Source: Podospora anserina (lineage: Eukaryota). Taken from it: 64,000 nucleotides of DNA. A program made the position numbers and the translations under genes. A model generated the notes under the pieces. It had not been told where the DNA came from. It saw nothing but the letters and a program-made list of their open reading frames with translations, and did not search any database. Within the stretch, counting starts at the first letter, position 1, and every line of letters starts with the position of its first letter. Shown here piece after piece: positions 24,368 through 38,994 of this stretch. Where the stretch lies: positions 806,001 through 870,000 of the forward strand of contig CM030336.1 in the NCBI GenBank assembly GCA_017654855.1, written 5' to 3'.

Positions 24368-27300
24368 TCAAGGCTTACTCAACTGCTCCTTCCTAAAAAA
24401 CGTCCCAAAAGCCACACATATCCCCCCCTGCATCAACAAACAAACCCAAAACCACCCATTCCCCAACCCATCCAGACTCAACGCCAAATTGGGAAACACC
24501 GGCCCCGGCCCAACCGCGTTCGGCGCCGTCGCCCTCCCCACCGCCGTAGCCACACTCCCCAGCACCTGCGCCGCCACCAGCGCAAAATTGTTGTGAAACC
24601 TCGTCGTGGTCTGCAAAAGCATCATGCCCACCCCCGTGCCTTGCAACGCATCCAAGACCCCGAGCCAAAGCCATAACGATCTCGACAGCAGAGCCCCGCC
24701 CACGTCTGATGCCCAGGGGAGGGAGGTGCCAACCCCGGAGACACCCCAAAAGATTTGCGCCCAACGTGGTGCGCCGAGGCCGATGGCGAGCACGGGGAAG
24801 AGCCAGCTGTGCTCGCGCGACAGGTGGGCGAGTTGCCAGAAGAGCGCGATCCAGATTAGGCCAAAGAAGAGGATGATGAGCAGCAGGATCTGCCAGGGTT
24901 GGGCGTGGGCCGTCGTCCAGAGGAAGCGCCAGCTGCGGCCGTAGTTGGAGGAGAGCCAGTAGTTTTGGATTATGACGGAAACGAGGAAGCACTGGGCGAG
25001 ATGTCAATATGTGTGAAAGGTAGGGTGAGTGATGATAAACTTACGATAATTAGCTTGCGTCGGAAAACAGACTTGAAAAATGATGGGATGGACCCCGGAG
25101 TTTGGCGGTAGTAATCAGGCAAGCCGAGGTGGGTGACAACCGCTAATGCCATCATCAGCACCGCAACAGGGAGACAGACGGCCGACACAATCGTGTTGGA
25201 TGCCCGCGCCATGGGGATACCGTTGCTGTCGTAAGAACTGAGAAGAGATCCCCAGTACCAGAGACCGCTGATGTAAATCTGCTGTACACCCTGCACAGCG
25301 CAGGCACGGATGACCCATGTCCTCACTGGCGCACCGCCCTCGTCGCCAAAGTTGAGAGCAAAGAACATTGATCCGCTGGAAGATGCTGCTGCATACAGCC
25401 CAGAGGCTGTGTTCTGGACCCAGCCTCGCGCATAGAATGACTGCGCAAACGGCGCGCAGCCAGCAAAGAGAAAGGCAAGACCGTAGATGGCAAAAGGTGT
25501 AGACAAGACCCAGACAGATTTGAGATTGCGGGAACCGACCCACCAGCAAATGGACGTAGCGGCGTAAATCGAGGCAATAGTGTAAAGCGTTCCCGCTGTT
25601 TGACCCTGTTCGCCATTGAGCAGGGAAATCTGGTACGAGTTGGCAGCTAGGATTTGTCCAAGCGCCAAAATGAGAGTGTAAATAGGCCAGTCAAACACCT
25701 TTCGAAGCATGAACTTCTGCATAGCAGTCGTATGCGCCACGGGAGGCACATCTTCCGTCTCAAAAGTGGAAACATACTGCCCATGAGTGGCATGCAATTC
25801 GTCTCCATCCTCGGCTGAGTAGACCGAAGACGCAATACTGGGTGTGTAGGGGCTTGCTGGGCGGGATGGAACATCCAAAAAGCGAGGATGAACACGACCT
25901 GGCGAAGGTGGTTCCACAAGAGTGACCTTGGATGTGTTTCGAGACGAAGATAATCCGAATTTGATGCTCTTGTAGTCTTGGAACCATTGCTTTTCAGACC
26001 GGACCAGATATTGCTCAATGCAGAGATCGGTCTCTGAAGATTTGGCATCAAGATTCGCCAACATCTTCTGGAACTCGACAGTGTATTCGCCATCAGTGTC
26101 CGTGAAGAACGGGTCAACCTTTTGCAGTGCAAAGTCCTTGCGCCCTTTGGTGACAGAACGAATAGAGACATCTGAGTACCTCTTGGTATTTGGAGATGGC
26201 AGAGGAGGCATAAGTGGCCATCCTGCTGCATCAGACATCGGACTTCTTCCACCTGATGGCAGGCCGTTGTAGCCAGGCGTGAGAAACGAGGTAGGAGTGA
26301 TGGGTCGGCCAGACTGTAGTTCTGTCGGTGTGGGTGAAGCAGAACGTGAGAGATTTGTCTTGGAGAGTCCCACAAGTCGGAGGTGGTCTGGCTTGTCCCT
26401 GTGCTTCTGAGACTTTTGGATTGATGTGCTGTGAAGCTCGCTGATCTCTTCTACCCATCGCGCGACTGGGAAGCGCTGTTTGGCTGAGACAGCTCTCATC
26501 TTCGCACGAGTCTCGGTATCTGAGGCGAGGGCGCCCTCGATGGCATCTTTGAACTGACTGATGAGATGCTTGGCCGATGTTGATTCGACAGTGTAATACC
26601 ACCCGGGCATGTTCCCGAGGCCACCTGAAACTTGTTAGCCTTGACTGTAAGACTCGATCAGGGATAACGCTTACCAACTCGAGCTCCCACCCCCAACGCT
26701 CCTTTCCTCCCAAATTCCACTGCCACCAAGCCAAACGGCTCGTCGCGAGATGGAATAAGCGCAAACTCAGCACCACTGAAGATATATGGAGGCAGCTGTG
26801 TAAACTCTGGCTTGGAGAAAACCCGACCAGGATACTGCTCCATAAGTCTTGCCAATTTGATAGCAGCCAACTTGCCATAGAGGTCGATAACTGGCCCGAT
26901 AGCAATCAACTGCACCTTTGGATTGTGCTCCAACACAGACGGGAACACGTCTGCAATAATATCCACCCCCTTCTGCATAGACCATCGACCAACAAAGACA
27001 AACAATTCAGCATCTGCATCTTGCTTCAGGCCAGCCCATTCCTGGGCCTGCCGACGGAGCCCAGCACGCTTAGCTTCAAACTCGCCATCAACGTGAACCT
27101 TCTCAGCCTGGGAAGCTGCCTCAAGCTCCGGCGACCACTCAGCTGTGTCCGAAGGATCTGGATTTGGAAGGCTTCCAATTTTTGAGAGGCCCCAGAAAAT
27201 TGGATATCGTGCAAAACTTCTCTTGCCATACTTCTTGGAGACTCCCACCGCTCCGAAGCCGTGTTGGAACTCCCGCAGATAACTAGCTCCCGCGTGCAGT

Positions 27301-30300
27301 AAGTTGAAGACCTCGCCAAATTGCACAAATCGTTCCACAACCTTCTGGTCCAAGTTGAAAACCTTGCAGACCTCCTCCTTTTCTTCTTTCGTTCCAAGGC
27401 TCCACATTCCCTGAAATTCGGCGTTGTGAAGAGAAAGGCAGCATGGAATAACACGAGGGAGTAGGTACAATGGGGCAAGGGCGCCGTGGAAGTCGTTGAT
27501 GTGGTAAATGTCCGGGTTGAAGCGCTTCAAGGCCTCGGAAATACACTGATTCCAAGCCGAGTAGTAAATGGCGCTGTCAAGATCATCCATTCTTTCCGGA
27601 TACGGATTGGCGGGTGTTTGAAGGCGGAAAACTGGTGCATCGAGCAGAACGTAGGTGATATTCCGGAGCGTGTGGTATTGAACATCGACATTGTACTGAG
27701 AGCCGAGAATCGTGATCTCCATAGGCTCGGCACGTTGATCAACTGGGTACCCATTAGGATATGCGTTCTCAAGACCCCCAACACACGGGACGACCCAGAT
27801 GATATCTAGATGGCCAAGAGCTTTGCCCATCAGTTGTGCCATCACACCAAGACCACCGATCTTGATCTTGATCTTCCAGTCTTCGATATCGTACTCCATT
27901 GTGGCAATGAGGGCCTTCTTGCGAGGAGCCCCAATGTCCATATGAAGGCCTTGGCCATTCAACCCTCTGCCGGTTGTGTGTGATGTCCCGGGCCGTGTTG
28001 GACCACCGACAGAGGATGCATCAGACGAGGGTCGACTCGGTCGAGACAATGGCTTTTCCTTCATTTCGAAAACTTGCCGGAGCTTCTCAGACAGTTTACC
28101 ATGCTTCGTGACAGCGCCCGAAACATTGTGCTTGACTTTGTAAAACGACCCGGTGAATGTGAAGACGACGAGCCATCCCGTAAGCAACGGCAACACCCAC
28201 ATGAGCGAGAAGATTGTAATCTGCCGTACCCTGCTGCCTGCTGGAAACTTGCTGTATCTCATGGTGGCATCGTCCACTTCAAACCGCCATCCCACAAAAG
28301 GGGAAGGGGGAGACTCAGTGATGTTGACAACATTTTGCCTCAAGGACCCAGGGGGCAGTCTGTCAAGCACATAGTCGAAGTTGACATCACCGAAAATCCA
28401 CGTCTGGTCCGGAAGACCATCCGGGTTCAAGCCCCAAACGTTAAATTGCAGAGCGGTTGGCCACTCAGCCATGATATCGACAGACCAAACACCACTATCG
28501 GCCTTCTGGAGCATCTTGTTTGGAATGCCTGCGTCGAACCCGAACGCATTGAAGTGACCGTTGATGAAGAGGTGGGGGAAACGCCGGGGTAGGTTGGATG
28601 CATCCAGGTCACCTTCTTGCTGGTGATGGCTACTTCCAGCAAGCTTGCTGTAGTACTGACAGACGACATGCTCGCCAGTCCAATCCTGCAGGTTTGTTCC
28701 TGTCCAATTCTTGGCTGGTAGCCTGTAGTCTTCGCCCGTGTAATCGAGCCATGGGGTCCAGTTCGAGCTCCATGTTTGAGAACATCGGAACTTGGTGGCG
28801 CCTGCTGCTCTGTGGCGAACAAAGATGTCCTCTCCTTTAGCGTAGACAAGCTCCCTGGAGTAGTTGGCATGTCTGGGGAAGACCATGGGATTGTTCTGGG
28901 GTCCAACTCGCAACAGGAAGTGATCCGTTGATCCCGTACTGCCCGTGCCCGCTTTGTCGGTGGCATTCCGTACTGTAATGCGATGAATGCCATCGGGAAT
29001 GGAGTTGATTGTGGCGGCGAATTCCCACACCGATGCGACCTGACCAACGTATTTTGTGGAATTTTCAACGACATTCAGCTTCTTGCATCTCAGGGACCCC
29101 CTATTGAGCGACGCAACAGCTCCGCCGACCGTGTTGGATGTAATCTCGATGGAGTTGAAAACACCCTCACAATCCATCTCCTGTGAAAAATGTATCTGTA
29201 TCTCCACAGATGTTTTGCCGTCCTTGGCAGACTCCAAGCGATAGTCATGACCTGGGAGGAACCTGGTGATGACAGGAGCTGGGCCGACCCAACTTTCGAC
29301 GGGAACAAAGGCCTTGAACCCCCAAGCGGGGAAGCTGAGCTCACTCAAGCAGCCGTGAAATAACTCATCTTCATTGTCATCAATCCGCTTGGTCGAAGGT
29401 TCAAGTGTGTACTCCTCATAGGGGTATAGGAGGTTCCTGACCGTGGCACCTGCTCCGAAGGCTGATAGCAAAGCTGTCTGAGGATCAGAGCAGTTGAACT
29501 TGTAGTTGATGGTCCTGTTCTCGTTTCCTAGCATTAGCCACACCGGGTCCTCGCCATGAGGTACTGACGAAAAGTTTTGCAGTTGTTGATGGGGCATTCT
29601 GATGTAGCTCCATAGACCCAGCTCTGTGCCAGTTCCGTTTGATCCGGGAAGGTAGATCCAGTTGGTATAATTCGATAATTGGTACATCTCAAAGCCATCG
29701 TTAAGTGCCGGGTAGACTGTTCTTAGTTCCAGAAATCTCTTGACGACTGCTCGGATTGGGTGTGAAGGATCACGATGATCGAGGCTGACGTTGGGATCGT
29801 CGCAGCCGTAGAGGGCAGCGTCGAGGGGAAAATTGAAGTACTTTTCAGATCCGACTTTGTAGCAACCGTGAAGCTCCCATGCATTCGTTGAAGTCATGGG
29901 CTGACGACCGTAAAGATAATTACCGGCGATGTTTTCGAGCACATAAAAGGCCTGCTCCTCGCCCCAGTTGACGATGGGGATGCCAGGCATCAAGAGAGAC
30001 ATGATGAAGGCGCCAACCAGGTACTTTTGCGTTCCATTTTGAATTGATGGCCAGCGGAAGACATCTTGGTTGGACACGCCAAACATGTGACGGGGGTCGA
30101 ACTTGCCAGTGTTGGCGTTGATAAAATCCGTCGTCATGAGCATATCTTGCCACCCCTCTGCCCAACTGATCCGAGTATCCATTTCAGCGCCGTATTCGCC
30201 ATCGATGCCGAGAAATCGTGTGAGAGCACGATAAGCAGAATAATGAAAACAGGCAGAGTCCAGCGCTTGTACGGGACGAATATACGAAGACGGGCTTGTT

Positions 30301-31538
30301 TCGTTCGTTGCGTTGTAGCTCTCGGCGGGTGTCGCAGCGAACATGGGAGGCTCTTTGCCTCGACCATAATACAGAGCGCCTAGCGCATTCCCACCAACGA
30401 TTTCGCCCGGAATAAAAAAGTTGTCTTTGCCATATTTCTTGGCGCATCCCCTGATGTACTCGGACCAATCTGCTTGAGCGTCGAGTGTGATGGTCAGGCC
30501 CTTGTCGATACGAAAGCCATCGATGTCGAGACTTGCGATAGTCATGCAAGAAAACAGCTTGATCTTGTCGAGAACACTTGGCCGCCACTCTCGGAGACGA
30601 TCCTGGACGAAGCCAAACTTGGATAATTGTTTCTGCCATTCTGGGTACTTGCCAAAGGACTCGACATCACCATACTGTGTGGTGTTAGCGAAAGTTATAC
30701 GACACAAGGGAGGTTACATCTCATACCTGGTCAAAGTCACTGGTTCGACACTTGGTCATCTTAGACATCACATCGTCTCCAACAGGCTTTCCATGCTCAT
30801 CCCAAAACCGTGGATATTCGCAATCAACTATGGTCTCTCCCAGCGGAAAATCCCAGTATCTTCGGGGTGACTTCCATACGGCTTTGTGTTCGGTGAAGCT
30901 GAAAGGTGTGGTCGTGTTGAGGTATCCTTCGAAGCCAAGAAGATCACCCATCGTCGAGATGGTATTTTCGAAGACAACATACATGCCACGTCGGTGAATC
31001 TCGTCGATGGCCTTTCTCCAGACCGCAATTGTTCCAAAGTGTTGGTCGAGGAGAGTCAGGTCCAATGGACTGAATGAATCGGCCGACCATGGCTGGTTGA
31101 TGAAGGGACTGCCACAAATGTAGATTGCCTGTGTCAAGTCAGTGACCCTGCTCCAGGCTCATCATGAGAGAAGCAACTCACCTTGATACCCATGCCCTGA
31201 AGATAATCAAGCGTGTCCATGAGACCGCTTACATCGCCGCCGGCCCGCAGCTGGGTTGAAAGAATGTCGACCTCGAAAGCAGTTCCATTGGCGTTGTCGT
31301 TTGATGGGTCGCCGTTCACAAATCTGTCAAGAAAAAGAGAGTAGAATGGCATTCGCCAGTTCTCTGGAGATGATTGGAACTCATGGTCAGGCCACTCTCC
31401 CCAATAGTCGAGGGGTGTCCGGGCCGACTTGTTCTGGTTGAGGTTGTATTCCTCATATTCTGGGATATATGGAAGTGAAAGACTGGACGCTGCAAAAAGA
31501 AGCAAAAGAAAGAATGACTGTACCGACGCACCCATCAT
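24368..31538 (-). CDS. ags1: Alpha-1,3-glucan synthase (GH13 extracellular domain, GT5-like domain, multi-TM C-terminus); 5 exons
   Basis: Signal peptide; FLDRFVNGDPSND; DGFRIDK; KIKIGGLGVMAQLMG; LIPSRDEPFGLVAVEFG; C-terminal TM bundle. Introns 31181-31129, 30726-30675, 26674-26625 and 25044-24992 keep the frame. Confidence 0.96.
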
Positions 31539-33685
31539 GGCGGAAAGCGAATGATAGCCACCACGAAGAAGTGTGCGAGGTGAATGGAAGGGATGTGGGT
31601 GGTACACCACATGCAACGAGTGTGAGGGTGCAAAAGACAAAAGCAAGACAAGAAGAGATCACCCAGGAAGGATGTTCCCGTGGGAGAACTGGGACACCAG
31701 TCTTCCATATCGCGTTCTCACAGACGCCCGGGTGCCTCCTGGGCTCAACTTGCCTGAGGCCACCCCCTAACCGCCTCGTAGAGGCAAGAAGCATGATGAC
31801 GGGGGTAGAATATCGCCGCTCATCCCTGATCACGGCGCGTGGGATGCATCCTTCTTCCGACGTTTCTCAGCATCTTACAGCTCATCCCCCTGTGCAGAGA
31901 TGCTCAGCTTGAGAGCCTCACATCCCTATTCCGTTTAGTCACACAAAGTGATGGGAGTCAAGGCTCAAGGTGGTCCACCGTGGCGGTTTCAATGGGTCAA
32001 GGCAGTGTCCCTGGGTGTGGCCTGTGGTTCTGGCGGGCGGGCCGGGAGCAGGCTAGCAATGTCGGTAACACTGATCCTCCTGCTCGGGTTGACGATACAC
32101 AGAGAAAAGCTTCCTTTCTTTTATTTCCTGAAGGATTTAGGGGAGATGGAGGCTAATTCTCTATGTCATAGTCAGCGGCCGGCTCTTGGGAGATGAAGCA
32201 GGATGTTTGGAAGAGGTGATGTCTGTGGTTGTGGAGTCACACCAAGCTTACATGAGTTCTGACGACGAAGGCATCATGCAAGAAAACTTATTAATGAGCA
32301 GGTACCTGCGTACCAGCATCTGATGGGCGAGTACGGAGCGGCAAGGTCGAGAAGGGGACGGGCAGACGTGCCGTCGCTGACGAAGTGATTGGATTGATAC
32401 CTTCCGTACCTGCATCCGAAGAAACCTGACAAACGGATATCGCCCCTGCATCACCCATCCATCAAGCTCACAATCTGAGACCATGTGTCGGCACTTGCCA
32501 CAGCCCTGATTATCAACCAGTTGCTCCTGCCTTTTGACACAGGCAGTCGTACCCACTTGAACAGATCCCTTCCCCGCCCTTTGAAATCGCTCTTCCAGTT
32601 TTGCGAGTTCTTTCCATTGAGCCTTGAATCCTGCAAGCATTGCATGACTCACATTGCTTCGTGGACTTTTTTTTCACGTATTCTGATGCCTGTTACACGA
32701 CGTATAACAAGTTCATCATATTACGCCGAGCCTCATCGGCTTACCCTATGTCTGGCCCATACTGGGAAAGCACGTCTTTGGTACAGCCTCTTGGCATAAT
32801 GTCGTATTGGGACCGGCATTTGCCGTTTTGGTGTGTTCTGCAAGTCGTTCCCTACTTTTTTGCACAGCGTGACATTGACGATCTTGTTTCAGATAGGCAA
32901 GATATAAAACTGTTAGCGCTAGGGCTGACTGTCTGCGCCGAAAGAAGACAGCACTGTTCAGCCGCATTAGAAACATGCAAGATAAGAACCTGGAATACGT
33001 ATCCGTACGCGCCGCATTCTCTACCATCGTCAACGACCGCCGCCGCCGCAGAGATAACCAGATTGGGAATCACACCAATCGCCAGGTACCACCGCCGCCA
33101 CCCACGGGACGAGTTTGATATGTCCCGCCTCGGACGGACGCTAACCCGGCGCTCTGGCTTTGAAAATCTATGTGTGCTCCCGTCTCAAGTGGCTTTCATA
33201 ATGTTATCTCACTGGTGTATTCGTAGCAAGTCAGCATCCTGCCATGGCAGAGATGCATATCCAACACACCCACCAGAATCTGCCTCGTCAAAGAAAAGAA
33301 AAGTCACAACCCCTGGACCTTGCATTGATCCCAATTCGGTTGACCGATTTTCCAAACCTTCTCCAGGTCCCGGGAGCATGGGCGAGAAAGGCCTCACCAT
33401 CGGTCACCATTTGGCCAACAGCCCGAGGTCATGGCCCATGCGGGGTGTCTATGTCGACACCTGTACGGGTCTAGGTCTGCAAACGATGCGTGAGAGGTCA
33501 GCTTACACGCTCTCCGAGGCGTGTTCCTTTTCACTCCCTTTTTCTTGTGTCACTGCAAGAAATCTCACTCACAGTCTTTCCTTCTCTCTCACACGCTGCC
33601 ACGGTTATCGTCAAGCTGAGGGATTGTCGATCGCTCTCGTCCATTCTTTTAGAAAACATATCTTGTCGTCACTCATTCAGTCACA

Positions 33686-34472
33686 ATGTTGTTTCATTTG
33701 TCAGCTCGACTCGGCCGTAGTTTCTGGGCCCTCCTTGCGGTACTCATGGGGCTGCTCATGGCTGTCGCTCCGGCGAGCGCAGCCATGTCCCCCACAGAGA
33801 TCGCGGTCGCTTGCCACAGCCTTGCCCGCATGGCATTCGACCTGAAAGATCTCGTAAATGTGGTTGCGCAGAAGAGAAATCCGGGACCTTTCCAGGTATG
33901 TGGTGCTCAGCCCTGGCATCCGGAAGTCTCGGGGGCTGTTGTGCTCGTTGCGCAACACTGACACGACACGAGCATTGACAGGATATCCTTGACGAGTTCA
34001 ATGATATTTCCGACTCTTGTCTCTCCAACATCTCGGTCATGATCCGCTCTTCTGTCGTGACTGACCAGGCGGACCAGCAGCTGATTTACGAGGCTTACTC
34101 CAATGTATGTTTATCTTTGATCCACTGTTCTTGTTAACTTGTTTGTCCCGATAACTAATCTTTTGTCTGCGGTATCAGTTTATCCAGGGCCTCTTTGAGC
34201 TGATGGACTCCGTCACCGAATCTGCCCCGGTCCTCATCGTCCTCGATAAGCAAGCCGAGTTCCGTATTCCTGCCGCCGTCCGCGAAGTCGCCGGCGTCGT
34301 GGATGCTTTACTCTATCAGCTCATGGCCATCTTTCCGACCAACACGTCCTATTCATCGCAGACTGCAAACCAAAAGACCCAAGTCGATACGCACTTTCGT
34401 CAGGCCGTCCACGCGTTCCATCTGGCTACGGCCAACACTGGATCGCCATACTCCAACACCACATCCCTTTAG
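33686..34472 (+). CDS. Small secreted helical protein (possibly UVI-1/HsbA-like); 3 exons
   Basis: Hydrophobic signal peptide ending ASA. Introns 33896-33981 and 34105-34178 join the frames into a ~208-aa product. Family call is by resemblance only. Confidence 0.78.
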
Positions 34473-35148
34473 TAGCCCGTCCGATCAGGTACATAGCAGA
34501 CCCGTGGTTGCCACCAGTTGTATACTTACCTAAAGAAAAAAGACCTGGACATTTTCGTTCTTGTAGGTGTGTAGTTAGTCGTGTATTATTATTGTTGACG
34601 TCCAGATTGTTTCGTTCCCCTTCAACTGTGCATGTCTCATGTCATTGCCTATTAGATGTCCAGATAAAACGACGCCGTGATGGTTCTTTGGACGTGGACC
34701 TCCTTTTACCCCTGATCGCCATCCCAACCCTAACCCCTGTCCGGCGGCATAACGGGTTCTTTAATCCCGCGCGCCCCGGACCCCGCCAAGGGAGCCAACC
34801 CCATCAAAGGAGGGGCAAGGCGCATCTGCCTTCTCCATCTCCATATTAGCCTGAAATAGCCTATTGTTCAACTGTCGTCATGTGCGACGGCGAGAAAACC
34901 TCAGCAAAAACACCCACGCGCCGGGACAAGTGCGACCGGACCGAGACCTGAGCGAAGCAAACCATGGCGACTCGCGGTTGAGTCGCGTCGTCGCACGGGA
35001 GAGGGGGAGCCGCCATCGCAACCACCCATTTGATCCCCCCTCTCCCCCCCTCCAACTTGGGCTCCTAAATATTCACTTCTCCAATTTTCCTGTTCGTCTT
35101 TTATTTTTTCCAAATCAGTGACATCATCATCACATTCTCGTTCCAAAA

Positions 35149-36253
35149 ATGTCCTCCGACGCCCCCCTCGTCTCTTTTCTCCCTTTGGGAGCCATCATCC
35201 AAGAGCTTCGCGTCGGCGACCTCAATATCGTCCAGGGCTTCCCCACTCAGGACCTCTACGTCTCCCACAACGGCCCCTTCTTTGGGGAGACCATCGGCCG
35301 GGTTGCGAACCGCATCTCTAATGCCAAGCTTGATAGTCTGAATGGGGGCAAGACGTATAGCTTGGCTGCGAACAACGGGGTGAATAACCTCCACGGAGGA
35401 GTCGTTGGTTGGGGGAAGAGGGTCTGGGATGGGCCGGTTCCTGTTGGTGTCAGAGAGATTCCTGGGGTGGGCAAGATTGAAGGCGGGGAGAGCGTTAAGT
35501 TTACGCTTGTGAGCGAGGATGGGGATGAGGGGTTTCCGGGGGAGGTGAAGGCGACGGTGGTGTATACTGTGGGCAAGCAGACGGAGGGGGGGAAGGAGGT
35601 TGTTGTGCTGGGGATGGAGTACGAGGCTGAGCTGGTTGGGGAGGGGGTGGAGGAGACGGTTGTCAATATGACGAATCACTCGTGAGTTCTTTACTCCTGG
35701 AACAGGACACTGGGAGAAAGGGTATATATGCTGACTTGCTGGGGATGGCAGTTACTTCAACCTTACCGGCGGCTCGTCAATCGAAGGCACGGAGGTCACC
35801 CTCGTGACGAACAACTACCTCCCCGTTGACGACGGCGGTATTCCTACCGGCGGTCCCGCCCCCTTTGCCAAGGTCCAGGGACAGACTCCGTTTGTTCTTG
35901 GTGCTCAAGAGCCGGATATTGACGACTGCTTCGTTGTTAACGAGGCCGCTGGTTCTATTCCTATCGACACCCGCGCCGAGTCCCTGACCAAGCTCGTCAG
36001 CGCTAGACACCCCGAGACTGGCATCCACCTCGAGGTTCTCAGCACCGAGCCCGCCTTCCAGTTCTATACTGGCAAGTACATTGACGTGCCTGAGGTGGCT
36101 GGCATCCCGGCGCGCAAGGCCAGAAGTGGGTTCTGTGTCGAGCCGAGCCGTTATGTGAATGCGGCGAATGTGCCCGAGTGGAAGAGCCAGATGCTGCTCA
36201 AGAAGGGGGAGAAGTACGGGACGAGGACTGTGTACAGGGCTTGGAAGGAGTAG
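35149..36253 (+). CDS. Aldose 1-epimerase (galactose mutarotase family)
   Basis: FGETIGRVANRI, NNLHGG, NMTNHS|YFNL across intron 35682-35751, QFYTG, GFCVE. Confidence 0.95.
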
Positions 36254-36349
36254 ATTGCAATTGCACCTACATGATACCGGGTAGTCTGACAGAATGAATA
36301 AAAGTAACAGGCCATAGGCTCTTCATAATCCTGTGATATCCCCTGAGCA

Positions 36350-38994
36350 TCACTCATCCTCGTCCATGATATCCTCCCCTTCCTCCTGTTCCTTTTCCAC
36401 CTCCTCCATGGGCCTCTTCGCCGGCCCAGCCTCTTGCTTCCTGTACAAACCTGCCAGCACCTCACTGGTACTCGCCTCCTCAATCCCCTTATCCTCTCGT
36501 TTCCTCACAAACCTCGGGAACCGCAAACTCAACCCCTTGTCAGGGTGCACCATTCCCACAGCAGCAGTATAAGTAGGACTAACCGTCACATCCGCAAACG
36601 CCACCTCCCACACCTCTGTCGGATTAAACCACACGTCCGGTTCCGGCCCGTAATACTCCACAAACCCTGGCTTCTTCCCCAACGTCCTCCCTTCAATCGC
36701 TGGGTCGTAATATGCCTTGTTAGCTTTGTAGAAGTTGTCCGTGAAGCCGGACATGCACTTGCACACTGCCTCTAGGGAGCCTACATCCTCATTTCGGACC
36801 GCTAGGAGGAACGGGGACCAGAACTGGGACTTGCGGCCTGTGCCGTGCCAGGCAGCGATGGGGATTAGGTCCAAGGGCTCTGAGGAGGAGGACAGGGAGG
36901 TGGAATAGTCCTTTTTTACTTTGAGCCAGGAGTCGAGGCGTTTGTCTGGTTCGTAGGTTGACAGGAGGGGTTTGCGGCGGGATCTTTTCTGGGGGGGTGG
37001 GGGGTTGAGGGGGGTTTTGTTGGTGGTGGTGGTGGTGGTGGTGGGTTTGGTGTTGTCGAGTAGTCCAGCGGCGGCAGACTGGTCCTCGTAGGGAATGTCG
37101 GGGAGGTTATCCAGAATTTTCACCATTATCCCCTCACATTTTGTCTCTAAGGCGGACTTGAAGAAGGTGAGGACTGGTTCGGAATCTTGTGAGGTCGCGT
37201 CTAGGCTTTTGACCCAGGTGAAGTGATGGGGGATTTCGATGAAGAGTGATCGGAGCATGTCCCGGCGTTCGCGAAAGGGGCGGTCGAGGAGGGGTTGGCC
37301 GTTGAGGTACATCAAGTCAAAGGCGAAGAGGCAGACGTTGATGGTTATGCTGCCTACGGCGACGTCCTTTCTGGCGCGGTTGGAGAGGGTTTGAAAGTTT
37401 TTGAGCTCGCCGGTGGTTTGGTCCACGGCGACAACTTCGCCTTCCATGATGAAGCTTTGGACATCTTCGCCTCTTATCTTGGGCACCAAGGAGACGAGGT
37501 CGGGGTATTTGTCCGTCATTAACTCGAGGTGACGGGAGAAGATGGAGACTTTGCCGTCGGCATCGCAGTGAACCTGGGCGCGCTGGCCGTCGTACTTGTA
37601 CTCGCAGGCAAAGTCTCGCCCCTGAAGCTTGGTGAGCATCTCGCTGAGATCGCGGGTGATACTGCCTAGCATGGGACGGAGTGGGATGTGGAGGTTGAGA
37701 CCACAGCGGATGGGCAGCTCGTCTGATATGCCAATATCAAGAAGCACTGGGATGAGGTCATTATAATCTGGATGTCTGGCAAATGATGCTTTCACGAGCT
37801 CCTCTCCTCTTGACCATATCTCGGCTAGTTCTTCCTTACTGAGCTTCGCTAGCTCTGCTGGCTCCCTAGTAGGGAAATCCGCACCGGGTGGCTTGGAGAG
37901 AAGAAAGGCTCTTGAGAGAGCTATCAGCATAGTCGTCTTGACAGCACCGATACGAAGCTAGAAGACGTTAGCTATGCTTACGATGGTCATGAAGTGGGAA
38001 CACGTACATGCTGACACAAAGTGCGGACGATATATCTGCTCTCCTCGCCTCCTCGAGCATCTTGCAACAGTCTGTCCACAATACGCTGTTTGATGTCTCC
38101 ACTACCCTGACCTTGTGTCTTTGCAATCTTGACCAGAGACTCAAACACACCCTTGATGGTCAGTGGCTTTGGTTTTTTCAGGGTGAAGCTTTGCTTCTTC
38201 TTGGCCTCAAAGGCAACATCACCCGGATCACCCAATCTGTCATGCATGGCTTTCAGCGCCCGGTTGTCAAGTCCGCATACTTGCTTTAGTGCTTTGGAGA
38301 TAGCCGAACCTCCCAGACCAAGCTCCATGGAAATGTATGGGGGTGAGATGGCATTGGTGGCCAGCCATACTGCGGGCAACAGGCTGTTTGGATCGCCCTC
38401 AATAAGTAGACGAAGACAGTTGACAAGCGTGTCCACGATCTTGATCCTGCTTTGGGTACTACTGACAAGCACAAAGCACCGTGTAAGCAAGGCGTAGGAT
38501 GACTTGCCGCGTTCGGCAGCCCATGATTCTTGGAGCTGCGGGACGTATTTGGATGGATCAAATGTCAAGGGGCTTTCATCCAGTGGTATTGTGGCTGTTA
38601 CTTGATCTTCCACTGCCGTGACTGACGAAAGCGATAGAGTGTTCTTGGATTTTGCTGTATCAACCTTGGGGGATACGGACAACTTCAGTGGTGATGGAGG
38701 AGCTGGAAGAGCTGGTGATGTATTTGGTTCTGGCTGAAGCTGTTGTTGTCTTTGGTTTGATGCTTGGACCTCTGCATCCCACTCAGCCTGCAGCTTCCGA
38801 GCCAGTTCCTCGTCAGTCAATTGCTCATCCGACTTCTCAGACTGTGAACCATTTTGTTGAATCTCAGAAGTGGTTCTTGATGACGATCCATTCTGCTGTT
38901 GCTTGGCAAAAAAGTACTGTATTCCTTTGGTCGCCGGGACTGCAGCCTTCTTCGTATCGGAATTGAGTTTCCTCTTCTTCGCCGGGCTCGCCAT
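36350..38994 (-). CDS. ATP-dependent DNA ligase I paralog (fungal Lig3/Adl1-type)
   Basis: KYDGQR motif I, EGE, FAFD, EGIMVK, WLKVKKDY, SLRFPRF. N-terminal NLS and PIP-like IQYFF. Intron 38007-37958. Confidence 0.93.

Noticed and set aside
32640-33845. 401-aa + strand ORF between ags and the secreted-protein gene
   Set aside because: Non-ATG start, no recognisable domain or coding-like composition, and out-of-frame overlap with the 33686 gene. Likely a chance ORF in promoter/UTR DNA.
37021-37043. (TGG)n microsatellite
   Set aside because: Encodes a poly-Thr linker in the ligase; ordinary.
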